Source: Eukaryota sp. TZLM1-RC (lineage: Eukaryota; Protista; Metamonada: BaSk clade). Taken from it: 64,000 bases of DNA. Shown here piece after piece: positions 1 through 12,809 of the stretch (position 1 is its first letter; each line of letters starts with the position of its first letter). Made by a program: the position numbers and the translations under genes. The stretch is from the NCBI GenBank assembly GCA_040285825.1, contig JAUPSS010000012.1, positions 434,001-498,000 on the forward strand, given 5' to 3'. The notes beneath the pieces were generated by a model that was not told the origin of the DNA, searched no databases, and saw nothing but the letters and a program-made list of their open reading frames with translations.

Positions 1-1203
1 AATCAGAAAAGCATCGAATTTTTTTCTGATGAAACAATGTTATGATGAAAAACACCCTTCATTTACATCGATCTTTGCATCATTGATTCATAATTTCTGA
101 AGAAAATTTGACTAAATCAAAAATGATTAACAAACACCTTATGTGCAAATCAATCAACTTATCATTGAACGGTTAATGTTATTTTCCATCCAATGACCCA
201 TACTGTTGTCATAGACATCTCGTAATTTAGTGGCAAAGCAGATGTTAACCGTAGGCATAGTAATTGATCTAGAATTGATTGAGCCGCATAAAAGAATGAT
301 TATTGTTTATAAAAAGCTTCATTGTATATATTGAAAACTCGTAGAAAACAAAAATACCAAGAACGTTTCTATGGGAATTTTGTTTGGAAATTTCCAAAAT
401 GTGACAAAATTCACTGACGAAACCCAATTTTCGCCAGTAAAAGCAGTCCAAACCAACAATATGAATCAACTTATTGGATCTTGTTGGTATTCCCTGTTTG
501 GTAATACAAGATCTAAACTCGCAGGTGAGCATATTGTACCTCGGTCTAATAATACAAAACACATGCGCCGGTTTGTGTTCAAGATTGCTCAGAATTTAAT
601 AAATGTAAAAGGATAAACCAGTAATTCAAGTTAGGTGAAGACCAGGTTTCGACTAATAAACAGTAATAAAGAATATAAATAATTAATCAAAATCCACAAT
701 GTGACATCAGCTTTGGGAATATAGAATCAATTTCCTTGTTGTAAGCACTCTCCTGTAGTCACAGAGTGATAGAACCGAAGACAGTGATTTCGTAAAGGTC
801 GAATAAGATGACTTTAAGGTATGGCGAGTTGTTTCACGAAGTTTGATGCCTTTTAAATTAAACAGTTGAAAGTTTTAATAACTGTGAAGGATCTGGAATG
901 GAGATTTTATTTTTGTCTCAAGATGCTTCATGGCTGCATGGATTCTGGTTAAATAACTTAGACATCAGAGGAGTTCAAGAGACAACAATCTCACACCAAT
1001 GTTATGGAATCCAGTGGTCAAAGAATAGAAGTTATTGGGAAAGATTATGAATGTGTTGACACACTGATGAGTCCGATTTTTCAACCCAAACTCACTACAT
1101 CACCACGAATGGCGAACGAAGAAGTGGAGAATTCAAAATGTAATTGAACAGATCCAATCATTATAGGGATTCAATCATATTTGATTTTGATCAAGTTGTG
1201 ACC

Positions 1204-2477
1204 ATGTCCAAGCTTTCATCTTGGATCCTAGGGTTTTTGTTTTGTCTCTTTGCTCTTTCTCAATGTCAACGAACCACTCCAGCTACTTGTCACTCTTGGA
1301 GAGGTGTTGTCACATTTGATACTCCATTTATCGGAAAGTCCAGCTCTATCTATTATCATGATGGGAAGTTCAACAGAGCTCGAGTTGAATCTCGTCATGT
1401 TGATTCTGATAGTTTGTCATTTTCCAAGCATTCATCGTAGTCATTCAAATCCATCAATTTTATGATTCTACAACCCTCTATATCACACCTTATAGAGACC
1501 ACTATCTATGTGACAAACATGTAACAAATATTCCACCCTTTCCTGCAGCTGTTGACACCAATGCTCAGTTTGTCTGTGATACTGTTGTCAACTACATCCA
1601 AGTAGAGCATTGGAAGCTTGAATCCGAGAACCACTCCTATTCTTGGTTTATCCATCGCAGATCCCTTCAATGTGATCAGGTTGTTAGAGTTATTCTCCAT
1701 TCTAATGCTGGTAACATTGTGTATGATGTTACTGGTGTGGAGGAAACCTTCCACTTCGACGATCCTCTTTTCAATGGTCTCTCCTTTGGATGTCCACTCG
1801 AACCCATACAAAAATTCACCATATCTGGTATGATCCGAGACAGCAACACATCTTCACCAATAGCCAATAGCACAATAAGGTTGGTGGGTAAGGAGGGCGA
1901 GTTTTCATCATTCACAGGAAATAACGGTATTTATACAATTCCTTCTGTTCCAAAAGGCGACTACTACCTCTTCATGGACCATCATGATTATTATACCAAT
2001 TCCAAGTCTCTTCACGTTTACGCTGACATTGGACCTGGTGGTAATGGTGATTTTAGAGCAGAAAAGAAAAGGGGTGATTGGCTGATTGTGTTTTCTAAGG
2101 GAAGCAGATTGGCTGAGACCAATGTTAATCTTTTCTTAAATTTATATAATAGATGTTTGTTGTACTATGGTACTTGCGCTTATCGTTGTAGAGTAGATGA
2201 CACTATGGGAAACTATGCCACCAGTGATCATAATTCAAGACAGTCAATAACTGTTGTTAATCACCATTCCCAGAAATCTACTCTTTATGTAAAGAAGTTT
2301 AACACTGGAGGGGAGCCACTAATTGGTGCCGATGGCTTGGTTAAGATTTACAATGATGAAAAGCTTGTTCACAGTCTCAAAATTCCCACAAAGGGTTCAG
2401 TTGTTGATACGATTTGGAAACTTGGTGTTATTGATGGTTATGATTTCATATTAGAAAATGAATTAGGACGAGACTAG
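1204..2477 (+). CDS. Secreted protein, 2 exons (1204-1411, 1441-2477): possible ependymin/LolA-like N-terminal domain plus carboxypeptidase-regulatory-like beta-sandwich
   Basis: ATG 1204 gives a signal peptide (MSKLSSWILGFLFCLFALSQC). Removing 1412-1440 joins ORF 1144 in frame to ORF 1719-2477 with no stops. The ISGMIRDSNTSSPIANSTIRL...TGNNGIYTIPSVPKGDY motif is carboxypeptidase-regulatory-like. The N-domain assignment is by pattern only. Confidence 0.8.
1412..1440 (+). other. 29-nt spliceosomal intron
   Basis: GTTTGTCATTTTCCAAGCATTCATCGTAG; removal restores a continuous frame. Confidence 0.8.
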
Positions 2478-3778
2478 CTTTATCTTGAGTTTATTTATTT
2501 GTTTTTGTAAAGAATAAATAGTTTGTTCTATGTTTTGGCTCTTGATTTGGTAGCTTTGATGAACTTATCATTGCTTTGTTCCACTTGCTTCATCTTTTCA
2601 CAAATGATTCATGCTTTGTGAAATTAGTCCAACTAGCACTCAACAACAATTTTTTGTTGAACAAAATTGTTTTATCTATTCAGACGAAATTTTTTCAAAA
2701 ACTAAAAGTCTAGTTTCTCAAACTCCACATCTACCACTGAAAAGGTCCCTTCAGCATTTTCTTCATAAAATCTTCCTAGTGATAACAACGATCTAGAAAC
2801 AATGCCATGCATCCCTTAAAAATTAGAAAAAACAATTCTATTTTGCCAGAAGGTTCGATCAAATATTCTTCAAATTCTTTTCTTGACAATTGTAGAGAAT
2901 TGTTAATATGTAAATTTTTGTATTTTGAATATGCGTATATTACTCATTGCCCTTGCAAACTTTCTTGAGTGGTACTAATTTAAACCACATACTTACTTGT
3001 CTCAAATATATATTTATATATTTTCAATCAACTCTATCTATTCTTGTTTGTGATTTGTAGTTATGAATTGGTGAAGAGTAAATTTTATGTTAAAATAGAA
3101 CCTTTACTTTCCCGTATTGGTCATTTACTTGTTTCCCAATGAATAGAATTTTATTGAAATTGCTCACGGACGAATTCAAAACATTAGCAACTGTGTTGTT
3201 TGTTTTCTCAATGATAGTTTTTGTTTGAGTTTGATTATTTTGTGTAACAATAAAATGGTTTGTTGTATGTAACTAATACACCGAATAAATATCTTCACAC
3301 TTCATTCAACTATTGTTTACAAGTTTATAATACATCATGAACCCATTGCTTAGGACTAATTTGTCTTCTGACCGTGAAAAGCTTTTGTTACAACGTTACA
3401 TTTTCCTATTATTTCTTACAACTTCATCAAGTGTTTTGCATATAAATTTTGAACAAAAATTAAAGCTTATAAATAAATCATTTGTTATTTTGAATTTTCG
3501 CAGATACGATCAGTATTTGTTGTAAAATAATATGTGAAAATTTTCAAATTCTGTAGGACGAGAGCACCGTTATTATTATTTATTACGTTTTTATCTTGCT
3601 ACTTTAAGATTTTTGTGCTGTTGTACCTGTGTTCGTGCACTGTTTTCAGAATTGTTGAGCAACACCAATCTAACAACACTAAGAAGGTGATTTTCACAAG
3701 TGAAAGTTCTGTACCATTTCAAAACAAGATGAATATTTACACTTGATAAAACAAAAAATACTGAAAAAATCAAATCAA

Positions 3779-4518
3779 TTAAGCAGACTTGACGAACTTG
3801 GCAATCTTACCAACCATTTTCTTTTTAAGAGCCAAAGCTCTGGTAGAAAACATGGTAGCACCAGTTTCCTCAATATCTTCGTATTTCTCACACTTGTTGT
3901 CAGGATCAAAACGATCGTCATTCTTGCTCAAAGATCTAGGGTAAGGGCTAATGGGAAAGGAAACAAACTTGTGGTCAATGTAGGTAGCAACAATTTTGGA
4001 ATCAGGCTCCTCAACATCATAGGAGATTTCTTCATGAACGAATCTATTGGTGACACACCATGAGGTAACGAGTTTCAACGTTTCATCAGGAAACTTGATT
4101 TCATTGGTAGCTTCGTAAACGTCACATTCAACGTCACCGACCTTCTTGGAATCTTTCTTTTCAGCATTGTTAGTGGGCAAAGCATGGTCAATCTGCAGAT
4201 CCATGACGAATTTCATGTCTTCATCAGAATTACGGTAGCATGTGTCATCGCCGTCAGGTTTCATGATCAATTTGCCATCATAATACCAAATCTCCATAGG
4301 TCCCAGCATGCCATCGCTATCAGAGCCATAAATAACTCTATTAGCAATATCCAGAGAGATAGGGTCTGTTTTTCCTTCAGCACCAATTGTTTGTGTGGCC
4401 CACTAAAGACAACAAGCACAATAACAACAAAAACAGTAGCAACCACCACCAGCAATGATTCCAATCAGAGTTTTCTTACTGGGATAAGTCAGGAAGACTA
4501 AACAAACGACAGAGACAT
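3779..4518 (-). pseudogene. Paralog of the 10545-11306 membrane-anchored protein, with two compensating frameshifts around the TM segment
   Basis: ATG 4518, 11-nt exon, intron 4479-4507, then KKTLIGIIAGG. The TM segment (VVATVFVVIVLVVFSGPHKQ) is in another frame and there is a TAG at 4403-4405. The C-terminal part (3779-4309) is highly similar to 10545-11255. Confidence 0.75.
4479..4507 (-). other. 29-nt spliceosomal intron
   Basis: GTTTGTTTAGTCTTCCTGACTTATCCCAG; same position and phase as in the paralog, with branch-like CTGAC. Confidence 0.8.
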
Positions 4519-5156
4519 TGATGTAAATCGACGACACTGATGTTGTCCTACGGTATCTGTACTGAAAAGAGAATCTGCTTCTGACATTGAAGAATGTAGT
4601 AAGGTTTTGAGTCGTCAAACAGTCAAACAAATCTTTTGATTGACCAATTTTGATTCAATAAAGATTGGATTAAGTGACTTGTTGATTTGTTCCATTTACA
4701 CTGTCACATCACTGTAATATTAAGTGATCATTTTGATGAGTGTTAGAACTTGGTATATCTTGATCATTTTTTTCAAAAACCAGCGCACTATCCTCTCTCA
4801 TGATCGATCTATTCTACAAAATTGTTCATCTGCTGTTTCTATTGTTTTCTCTGTAGCTGATGAATCACGTCTATCAGTTTTGTGGAGAGAACAACAGATG
4901 CTAAGGATGTTGGGGATAGAGCTTGTACCATTAACAATAAAGACCATGATGTTCATTACGTCATTTACCATGCTAATCACAGTCATGTTTGAGTCAATTT
5001 CAACTTTATTGTTTGTCCTAGAGTTCCGATCGATCGGCCGATCTAGTGCAGGCTGCATGTGGCCCTTTTTTGGTAAGGATAGTAGCTGGAGGGATATCAG
5101 TATTATTTCCGTAAATAATGTAACATTTACAGCCCAAAATTTATTGAGCAAGAAAA

Positions 5157-7322
5157 CTAAAAAACTTGATTAAATAAATAATTTTCATCTAAATATTCAT
5201 GAAAAATATCAATCAATTCCCTTTCAGCTGAATACTCACTCCACCACGGAAAAGAAGATAATTCAACTAAATATTCATTCATAATTAGTTTAACAGATTT
5301 AATTAAACCTTGATTAATAAGTTTTGTTGGAGATAGAGGAGAATCTGACAGACTGCGTTGAGAAACTTGATTCAATTGAATGAATTTCAAAGAAGGAAAG
5401 TTTTGTTCAGTGATATTGGTAGGAACATTCCAATGAATTACCAATTCCTTCAAGTTTGGTAATTGAATTTGAACACAGACAGGAGCCCACAACAAAACTT
5501 CCATTCTAACAATGGATTGAGGTAAATGTAATTGTCCTTTTAAAACTGTCTTTGAAAATTCACTCGATAAGACCAACTCTTTTAATGAAGAAAGATAGCT
5601 TAAATCGACAAGTTTGCGTCCATTTTCAAGCACTAACCTCACTAGTGAAGTGGGTAATTGTGCAATATCGATTCTATAATCAAGTTCTAGACATTTGAGA
5701 CTTGATAAATGAGCCAAGTTTAAAGTTACTGATTTGGTAAACAGTGAACTTCCACAAAGCTTAACAACCTCAACATTTGGGAAAAATGACAACAAATCTG
5801 GATCATAATCAACTTCATCATAGTAAACATCAAGTTTTTTAATTCTAGTATTAATTACTTTGCGACCATAATAATTAGAAGATAGTTGCAATTGTAAATC
5901 ACAAATATTTCCATTTAAATTTAAATCTTGAGGATCTTTTAAGGACATGATAAAAAGAATCGGATGATCATTAAACACTTCTTGAGCAAATTGAGCTACC
6001 CTTTTACTAATACCACATTTGGTGTAAAATCTTGCTTTAACATAAGGATGATTACCAAATAGCTTTTGCAAATAATTCAAATATTCCCAATAAACAAGCT
6101 TAACTAGACCACTGAACATTCTATTCAAAGTTTGTTTAGGATAATGAAAATTGCCAAGTATTTCAGACCCAAATAATTTGACAGGCTGTGGTCGATCAAT
6201 CAAATCACCTGTACCTAATTGACCTTGATAGTTCCTTCCCCAAGCCCAAACATTGTTTTTGTTGTAGGCAAAAAGAAAGTTGCGACTTACTGAAATACCT
6301 TCTATATTAGTCAAGGTTTCAACACAAATTGGCTCATTGGAATTCCTATAAAAGTTACTTATTCTGCTCAAGTCACCCCACAAAAAAACTTTGCCATTAT
6401 TATCAACAGCAGCATAAATTCCATTTCGACCACTAATAAAAACAATATTAATTAAACCGTAAACTTTAATGGGTTCGCCTGGGAAAGGTGTCTCTGCTGA
6501 TTCTACTGCATACTTCATCACGTTACCATTAATATCAATAAAAAAGAGATCAACGTCAAGTGAAACACATCTACTTGTTATTGGGGAATGAACTGAAGGT
6601 AGTTGAAGTGAAACACACTTTGATAAGTCAAAATAAAGCAAATGATTAGTAATCTTGATTGCTAAAAGAGAATTACAATCAACAGAAATAATAATAATAT
6701 TAATTAAATCTTCAATTAATTCAAATGATTTACCATCTCCCCATTTAACAACTTGGCCTTCAAGAGTCAAAGCAAATGAACAACGGCGACCACCATGAAC
6801 TTCTTTGATATTATAAGGAATGTCTATAAGGCTAACTGGTAATGTCTCCTTTTCTGACACAGTTATTTGCCAATCTCCATTGAAGCCCCAACCATATAAC
6901 TTTCCATCAGAAGAGAGGGCAAGAGAGTAACAAATTCCAGCTGAAATGCTTACAATATTAGTTAAAGGAAGTTTGATTGGTGATTTGATTGATTGAGGTC
7001 CGTCATAAAGAACTTGACCACTACCATTACAGCCCCAACCATAAACCTCACCAGAATAGGTGAGAAGAAGGCTGTGATCTGAGGTTGACATACACCTAAC
7101 ACCAACCTTCCGATCGATCGGAGAAGAACATTCGGTAGCTGGTGTGAGGGAAGGGTAATAATGCATGAGCGAGTTTTGATCTACTCTTGACCTAGAACTA
7201 GGCGGGAAAGTGAACTGGTAATCACTGCGATTGTTGCCAACAGGTTTGTGTGAAGAGTGACCAAATGAGTCGTGTAGTATTGGAAAATCAGAAGCATGAG
7301 GATCACCAAGGTCATGTTGCAT
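5157..7322 (-). CDS. RCC1/BLIP-II repeat protein with C-terminal LRR-like region
   Basis: RCC1 motifs HSLLLTYSGEVYGWGCNGSGQ, SLALSSDGKLYGWGFN and VWAWGRNYQGQLGTGD; C-terminal LxxLxL repeats (LPTSLVRLVL, LSSLKELVL, LPNLKELVI). Confidence 0.85.
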   Translation of the reverse strand: MQHDLGDPHASDFPILHDSFGHSSHKPVGNNRSDYQFTFPPSSRSRVDQNSLMHYYPSLTPATECSSPIDRKVGVRCMSTSDHSLLLTYSGEVYGWGCNGSGQVLYDGPQSIKSPIKLPLTNIVSISAGICYSLALSSDGKLYGWGFNGDWQITVSEKETLPVSLIDIPYNIKEVHGGRRCSFALTLEGQVVKWGDGKSFELIEDLINIIIISVDCNSLLAIKITNHLLYFDLSKCVSLQLPSVHSPITSRCVSLDVDLFFIDINGNVMKYAVESAETPFPGEPIKVYGLINIVFISGRNGIYAAVDNNGKVFLWGDLSRISNFYRNSNEPICVETLTNIEGISVSRNFLFAYNKNNVWAWGRNYQGQLGTGDLIDRPQPVKLFGSEILGNFHYPKQTLNRMFSGLVKLVYWEYLNYLQKLFGNHPYVKARFYTKCGISKRVAQFAQEVFNDHPILFIMSLKDPQDLNLNGNICDLQLQLSSNYYGRKVINTRIKKLDVYYDEVDYDPDLLSFFPNVEVVKLCGSSLFTKSVTLNLAHLSSLKCLELDYRIDIAQLPTSLVRLVLENGRKLVDLSYLSSLKELVLSSEFSKTVLKGQLHLPQSIVRMEVLLWAPVCVQIQLPNLKELVIHWNVPTNITEQNFPSLKFIQLNQVSQRSLSDSPLSPTKLINQGLIKSVKLIMNEYLVELSSFPWWSEYSAERELIDIFHEYLDENYLFNQVF

Positions 7323-8354
7323 GTCGCTTAAAGAATGAAAGGGTGGTGGGGAGTTTGATAACCAACAACTGGTTTTTAATTAGGTCTAAAAACAATGATT
7401 TCTTTTTGTGGTGTCACGAATTCAATTCCCTGAAATTAATAATTCAATTCGGTTCTTTCATCCAATAAGGAAAGCAATGGCGAGAAAACAAACAGATCAA
7501 GATGTTGTAGAGGAAATCCTGGTTCAATGAATTTAGTCCCATTAGATCTGATTTAATCTTATTAAATGAAATTTCATTTACAATTGGTTCTAATTCTTCG
7601 TTTAGAGACGAGAGAGAGCCGAGATTGACTGGTGGTGATTGATAACTGTTGTTAATTTTTGACACATCTACCGGAAATATCTTGATATATTACTACAATC
7701 TAGAAATAAATATCTTCAGGACAAGCTTCCACACCAACAGCAATGTCTTTGTAATGTGCACTAACAAACATCAGAGCTGTCGAAATCATTTTAGAAATCA
7801 TTTGAAATTAGTAAAAACAATACGATTCAACCACAAACGACGATCAAAACGCTTATTTATTCTTTTTACAAGATTTTCAAAATATGAAAATATCATAATC
7901 ATACCTGTAAATTAAAATAATGTTTTTCTGGATTTTAAAGAATCACGAGATAAGGTCCTGGTGAGTGCCAAAGGGAAGAAACAATCATTTGATCATCAAC
8001 TTTCAATCAACTTTTGGTGGATTTACATGACCTTTTCGTTTATTTATATATTTACCAACATTGATGGAAAGCAAATTAGTTGCCTGAAGATCGTTTTTGG
8101 ACTATTTGTGGAAAAAAATAACCTTTAAATGCCTTGTCTGATTCACAGTGTTTTGTCATAAAAAAAGAAAGAAATGAAGAAACATAATAAGACGTAAAAA
8201 AAAGACGTATCATTGCGCTGCATATGTTGTTTGACATTAAAAGAAACAGAAATATAATTTCATTTAATGAGCAAAAACGTAGGACACAGATTATCAATCA
8301 ACACTTCATATACTTATTTAAAAAAAATTATATTATATTTATTTATAAGAAAAC

Positions 8355-10190
8355 TTATAAATCAACATTTAAATAACTTATCTCTCCTAAAACAACACAA
8401 CTAGATTTAACTTTCCCATAGTGAGATGCAAAAGAATGCAGTGCATTAGAAACCCTCTTCAACATCCCCTTTAAAATAGAAGACACAATTCTATTCTGCC
8501 AAAACAATCTTTTGAATTTTCTGTTAGTTCTCTTTACAATCATTTCAAAATCTGCCAAAAAACGTATGGCAGTGGGAGAAAGTGAACCAAATAGAGAAAA
8601 TACAAATGGATACAAATTGTATTTTGCATGCTGTTGGCTGGACAATTTGGGCAAAGCTTCATTGTATTTTTTGTTTTTGAAATTTTCAGCAATTGCAAGA
8701 AAATTATGAATTTCAAAATTAGCAAGCCTTTCATTTGAGGCATTACAAGGATTAACAGACATTACATCCAATAAAATGAAGGTTCCTTCTAATCCAGGTA
8801 ATATGACATCACCTCTATTATTCTTATGAAAATCATTTTCAGCATCAAATAGATTTGACAACAGAGGTTCCAAAAAGGATTCAATTCTATGAGACTTACA
8901 CATACAATATAATTGGTCTCTTACAGCATCGTGAAACTTGCTTCTAAAAATAATAAAATGTTTACAATTTAACAAATGAGTATTTGTAACAAATTAAATT
9001 CTGACGTAAATTATCAGGCCAGATAACGAAACGATATCTCATATTCAAAGTCCAGTCAGAATCAGTTAAGAGAGTGCCATAAACTTGAGGAATTGTTGTT
9101 ACTCAGGCAGAAGATGTACTATCACACATATCTTGTACAAGATTTGCAAAAGCGGGATTCTTTTTCTTGACCAAGTCAAGTCCAACATCAATATTCAAGC
9201 TTTCAAAAATCTTTGACAATTTTTGTTGCAGCTTTTTACAGCAAAACTGCCAATTAAAAAGAGATCGGTTTGGAATTTCTTGAATTGATTGGGAAAACAT
9301 TTGGTCCAGCTTTGTGGTGGTAATCTATCGAGTTCACAGGATGACTCATTCAAGTATGGACTGCAACTGGGAACTAATAAATGAGAATCTTCAGGAATTC
9401 TACGAGAAAATATAAATAAAATTCTTGCATCCACCCAAAAATGCTGATTGACACAAAATAGAAGATTTTCAACATTCCTGGTTGTACATCCAATAAATCA
9501 GCAAATAATTCTGTTCTCAATGAATTAAAGGAACGACCAAAATCTAATGCTATGGAAGGAGCACTTGACCTCAAAATGTGAGTTATTCTTCAAGTAAAGC
9601 AAATTTGGAGCATAAATGCTTCTCTAAGTCTAAAAAAGAAAAAATCCAGTTCAGTTTTCACTTTTCCCAAAATAACTTCTAATTTATTCTGATTTTGAGG
9701 CACACTTCCTAACCAACAACCAAAAAACTTAAAAGCATCACTTTATAGTTAGTAAAAGGGACAACAGGATCGTGTATCACAAGATCCTCAGCAGAAAAAC
9801 CAATAAGGAAACATTTGCTCGCATTAAGATAAAGCCCAATATTTTCATATGAATCGGCAATTTCTTGAGCAACCAATTGTAGTAAATCGAATGAACCAAT
9901 CAGGGATATATCATCCATATAAGCAACTATTTTTATAGAAGGGTATTTTTGCTTAATGATATCTAAAGTTTTGTGAATAGCTAAACAAAACAATAAAGGG
10001 CTTAAAGGATCACCTTGTTTCACACCAGAAATGATTTTACCAAGTGAATCAAATATTTAATCTAATTCTGAACCATAAAAGTGGTAGAAAAAACTTGACA
10101 GCTCAGGAAAATGAGATTCAATTATTTCAAAAATTACTTTCCGTTTTACTGAATTACAAGCATTTTTGAAGTCGAGATTAAAAATAAAAT
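8355..10190 (-). mobile_element. Decayed RLE-type non-LTR retrotransposon (RT and restriction-like endonuclease fragments)
   Basis: KQGDPLSPLLF and AYMDD at 9709-10023; HDAVRD, RGDV..LLDV, AENFKNKKY and PFVFSLFG at 8355-8975; many frameshifts and deletions. Confidence 0.85.
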
Positions 10191-10544
10191 TATTATCCTC
10201 TGATCAAAAACTTATTTAAAAAAATTAGTCTATGGAAAAACAGATTGACAAAAGTTAGTGCAAGACAAAATTGAATGAGTCTTTGTCGTATCTGTAAATA
10301 TTGCCATGTTTTCAATCTTCAATAATTGAATTTTTTCAACTGTCAGAATCCTTTGAACTTAACTTAATAACACTTGAATTCAGAGTGGTATAATACATAA
10401 TTTTACCTACTATTAATTGGAAGTTCTGTCTGAAACAAAAGTGGGATCTATTTAAAGAAATGTGATAAAATTATGGTAAAAATATATTTAAAAACCCCAA
10501 AAGAACATATACATTTTATTACTTATTACTTAGATATCAGAGAA

Positions 10545-11306
10545 TCAAGCAGCCTTGACAAACTTGGCAAACTTACCAGCCATTTTCTTTTTGATACCTT
10601 GAATTCCAGTTGAGAACATTGTGGTTCCACTTTCGTCCAAGTCTTCGATTTTCTCACACATGGCTTCAGGGTCAAAACGATCATCATTCTGGCTCAAAGA
10701 TCTAGGATAAGGGATAACAATAAAGGAAACAAACTCATGGTCTACATAGACAGTCACTTCCGTTTCATCTGGGAAATCAGTGGGATAAGAGATTTCTTCA
10801 TGAACAAATCCATCAGCAACACACCACGAGATAAAAACTTCCATCTCGGTGCCTTCAATTTCTATATCAACAACATCTTGGTAAATATCACATTCAACAT
10901 CACCAACCTTTTTAGAGTCCTTTTTGACAGCGTCATCAGTGGGTAAAGCATACTCAATCCAAAGTTCCATCAGTTCTGTTTCGTCATCCTCAGGAAGGCG
11001 ATAGCATGTGTCATCACCATCTAGTCTTGAGATCATTTCTCCCTCGTAGAACCAATACTCCAACTGTCCAAGATCAGCATCATCAAAAGAGCCATAGATG
11101 ACTTTGTTTGCAACATCAATGGAGACAGGATCTCCCTTGTTTCCATCGATAACCGGAGTGTATTCAAATTGTTCATGAGGTCCACTGAAGACAACGACGA
11201 CGACTACGACGACAGCAGCAGCGGCCACAGTACCACCAGCAATTATTCCAATCAAAGCGTTCTTACTGAAATTAGATCAACATCAAAGAACAAACCCAAG
11301 AGGCAT
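10545..11306 (-). CDS. Acidic type II membrane-anchored protein (possible ependymin/LolA-like fold), 2 exons (11306-11296, 11265-10545)
   Basis: Spliced N-terminus MPLGKNALIGIIAGGTVAAAAVVVVVVVVF (signal anchor). The unspliced frame hits TGA. Cysteines are conserved with the paralog. Confidence 0.8.
11266..11295 (-). other. 30-nt spliceosomal intron
   Basis: GTTTGTTCTTTGATGTTGATCTAATTTCAG; contains an in-frame TGA and branch-like CTAAT. Confidence 0.8.
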
Positions 11307-11583
11307 ATGATAAGCAAAAGAAATAAGATTATCGATAGGTCAATTTTCAGTTCTCGATTACCATCCACTTTCCCAAACCTTATGCCTCAGGTTTCTGAGC
11401 AACGTCAAATCACTTGATCATGTTGGCCTTTCTGATGAACTGTTACGTTTAATATCAACAACAAGTGATCTGGATCCTTGATGTGCCCGCTGTTAAATGG
11501 TTTGTTAATTACTACCCCCACTTGCCTTGTGACTGTTGCTCAGGTTAGGCTAGGTTTGTTCAATACTACTCTAGTATTAGTGT

Positions 11584-11636
11584 CACGTCATGACTCGTTG
11601 TCATACTCACTGCCACGTCATTAACTGCCACGTCAT
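11584..11636. promoter_or_regulatory. Cluster of three CACGTCA (CRE/ATF-like, bZIP-type) motifs
   Basis: CACGTCAT at 11584, 11614 and 11629, about 280-330 nt upstream of the 11306 ATG; function inferred only. Confidence 0.3.
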
Positions 11637-12809
11637 CAGTTGGTATTAGTATACTACTACTGGTCTTTGCTCTGATTAGAGCTCTTTCCACTTTCCAATC
11701 ATGAACACTACCTTCAACAATCTATTTGAGGTCCATTTTGGATCAACGTCAGCTTGATTTACTGTTTGGAAGAGATACCACCGATGCATTGGTGGGGTTT
11801 TGATGATTTCCTATGAATGTTCATCAAGTATTTCACTCCTTTGTTGTAATAACAAGTAAATCTAGGTAGGGTGCTAAAACAATGAGGACATGACCATTGC
11901 GTCATTGATGTGAAAATAGAGGTAAAGAAAATAGGGGAACAAGAGGCGTGCAGTGTTGGACTTTGATTAGGGAACGTAGGGCAAGACTCAATGTATTTGT
12001 TTGTGAGATCATCTCCACCTTGTGATGTCAGTCTGCTTGGAAGAGATGACGACAGTCAGACGGACTAATGTGATATTTCATTAAGCCATAACCACAGCCA
12101 CAAACAGGAGGGTAACAGGAAGAATGGAGTCAATCAATGATATCAATTTAGAATTTTTTGTAGCATCTTACAACTGGTGGTTCTATCCAATCTACATATT
12201 CTTTATTCTGATTATCATATTGTTGTTTCATGTTAAAAGGAGGCTAACACCATGAATGAAACCTTTGAGATGATTACGCTTGGTTTTTGAGACGAGTTTG
12301 ATGATTGTTGATCAAGGGTTGGAATTTACCAGAAAGCTGGTTATGTTGCTATTTGTGCACGGTTCATCATAAACAGGAATCAAACAGATGTTTATGAACA
12401 GAATATAAGAAATCAGACAATAAAAACAATTATATGAATTTGAATCTAGGATTACGTGAGCCACTTTCCTAAAAGGGAAGGTCACGTTTAGTTACTGCTA
12501 ACAGTTGCCAAGAATAAAGATACCCATTAACTGATGAAGAAGAAAATGAATAAATGGATAATATTATTTTGATGACGTGGCACTACTACAATGTCTATGA
12601 GTAAACAAGTGAGCTCCAAAGATTTGTTGACAAGATATGTTTTCTTTATCTTGGTTACCAAAAAATCTGTTTAATTTTCTATTTCTATTTTCAATTTCCT
12701 TCCAAATAAACCTACTCATTTTATTACAGAACGATCTTCTGTTCAAGCTGTAACTGTTATTAATTCTTTATGTTTTTGTATTCGTTATTTCATCAATAAA
12801 TATTCACGC

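Noticed and set aside
4724-5173. Overlapping opposite-strand ORFs, and TTCCGATCGATCGG shared with 7108-7121
   Set aside because: No motif support; the 14-bp match has no extended homology.
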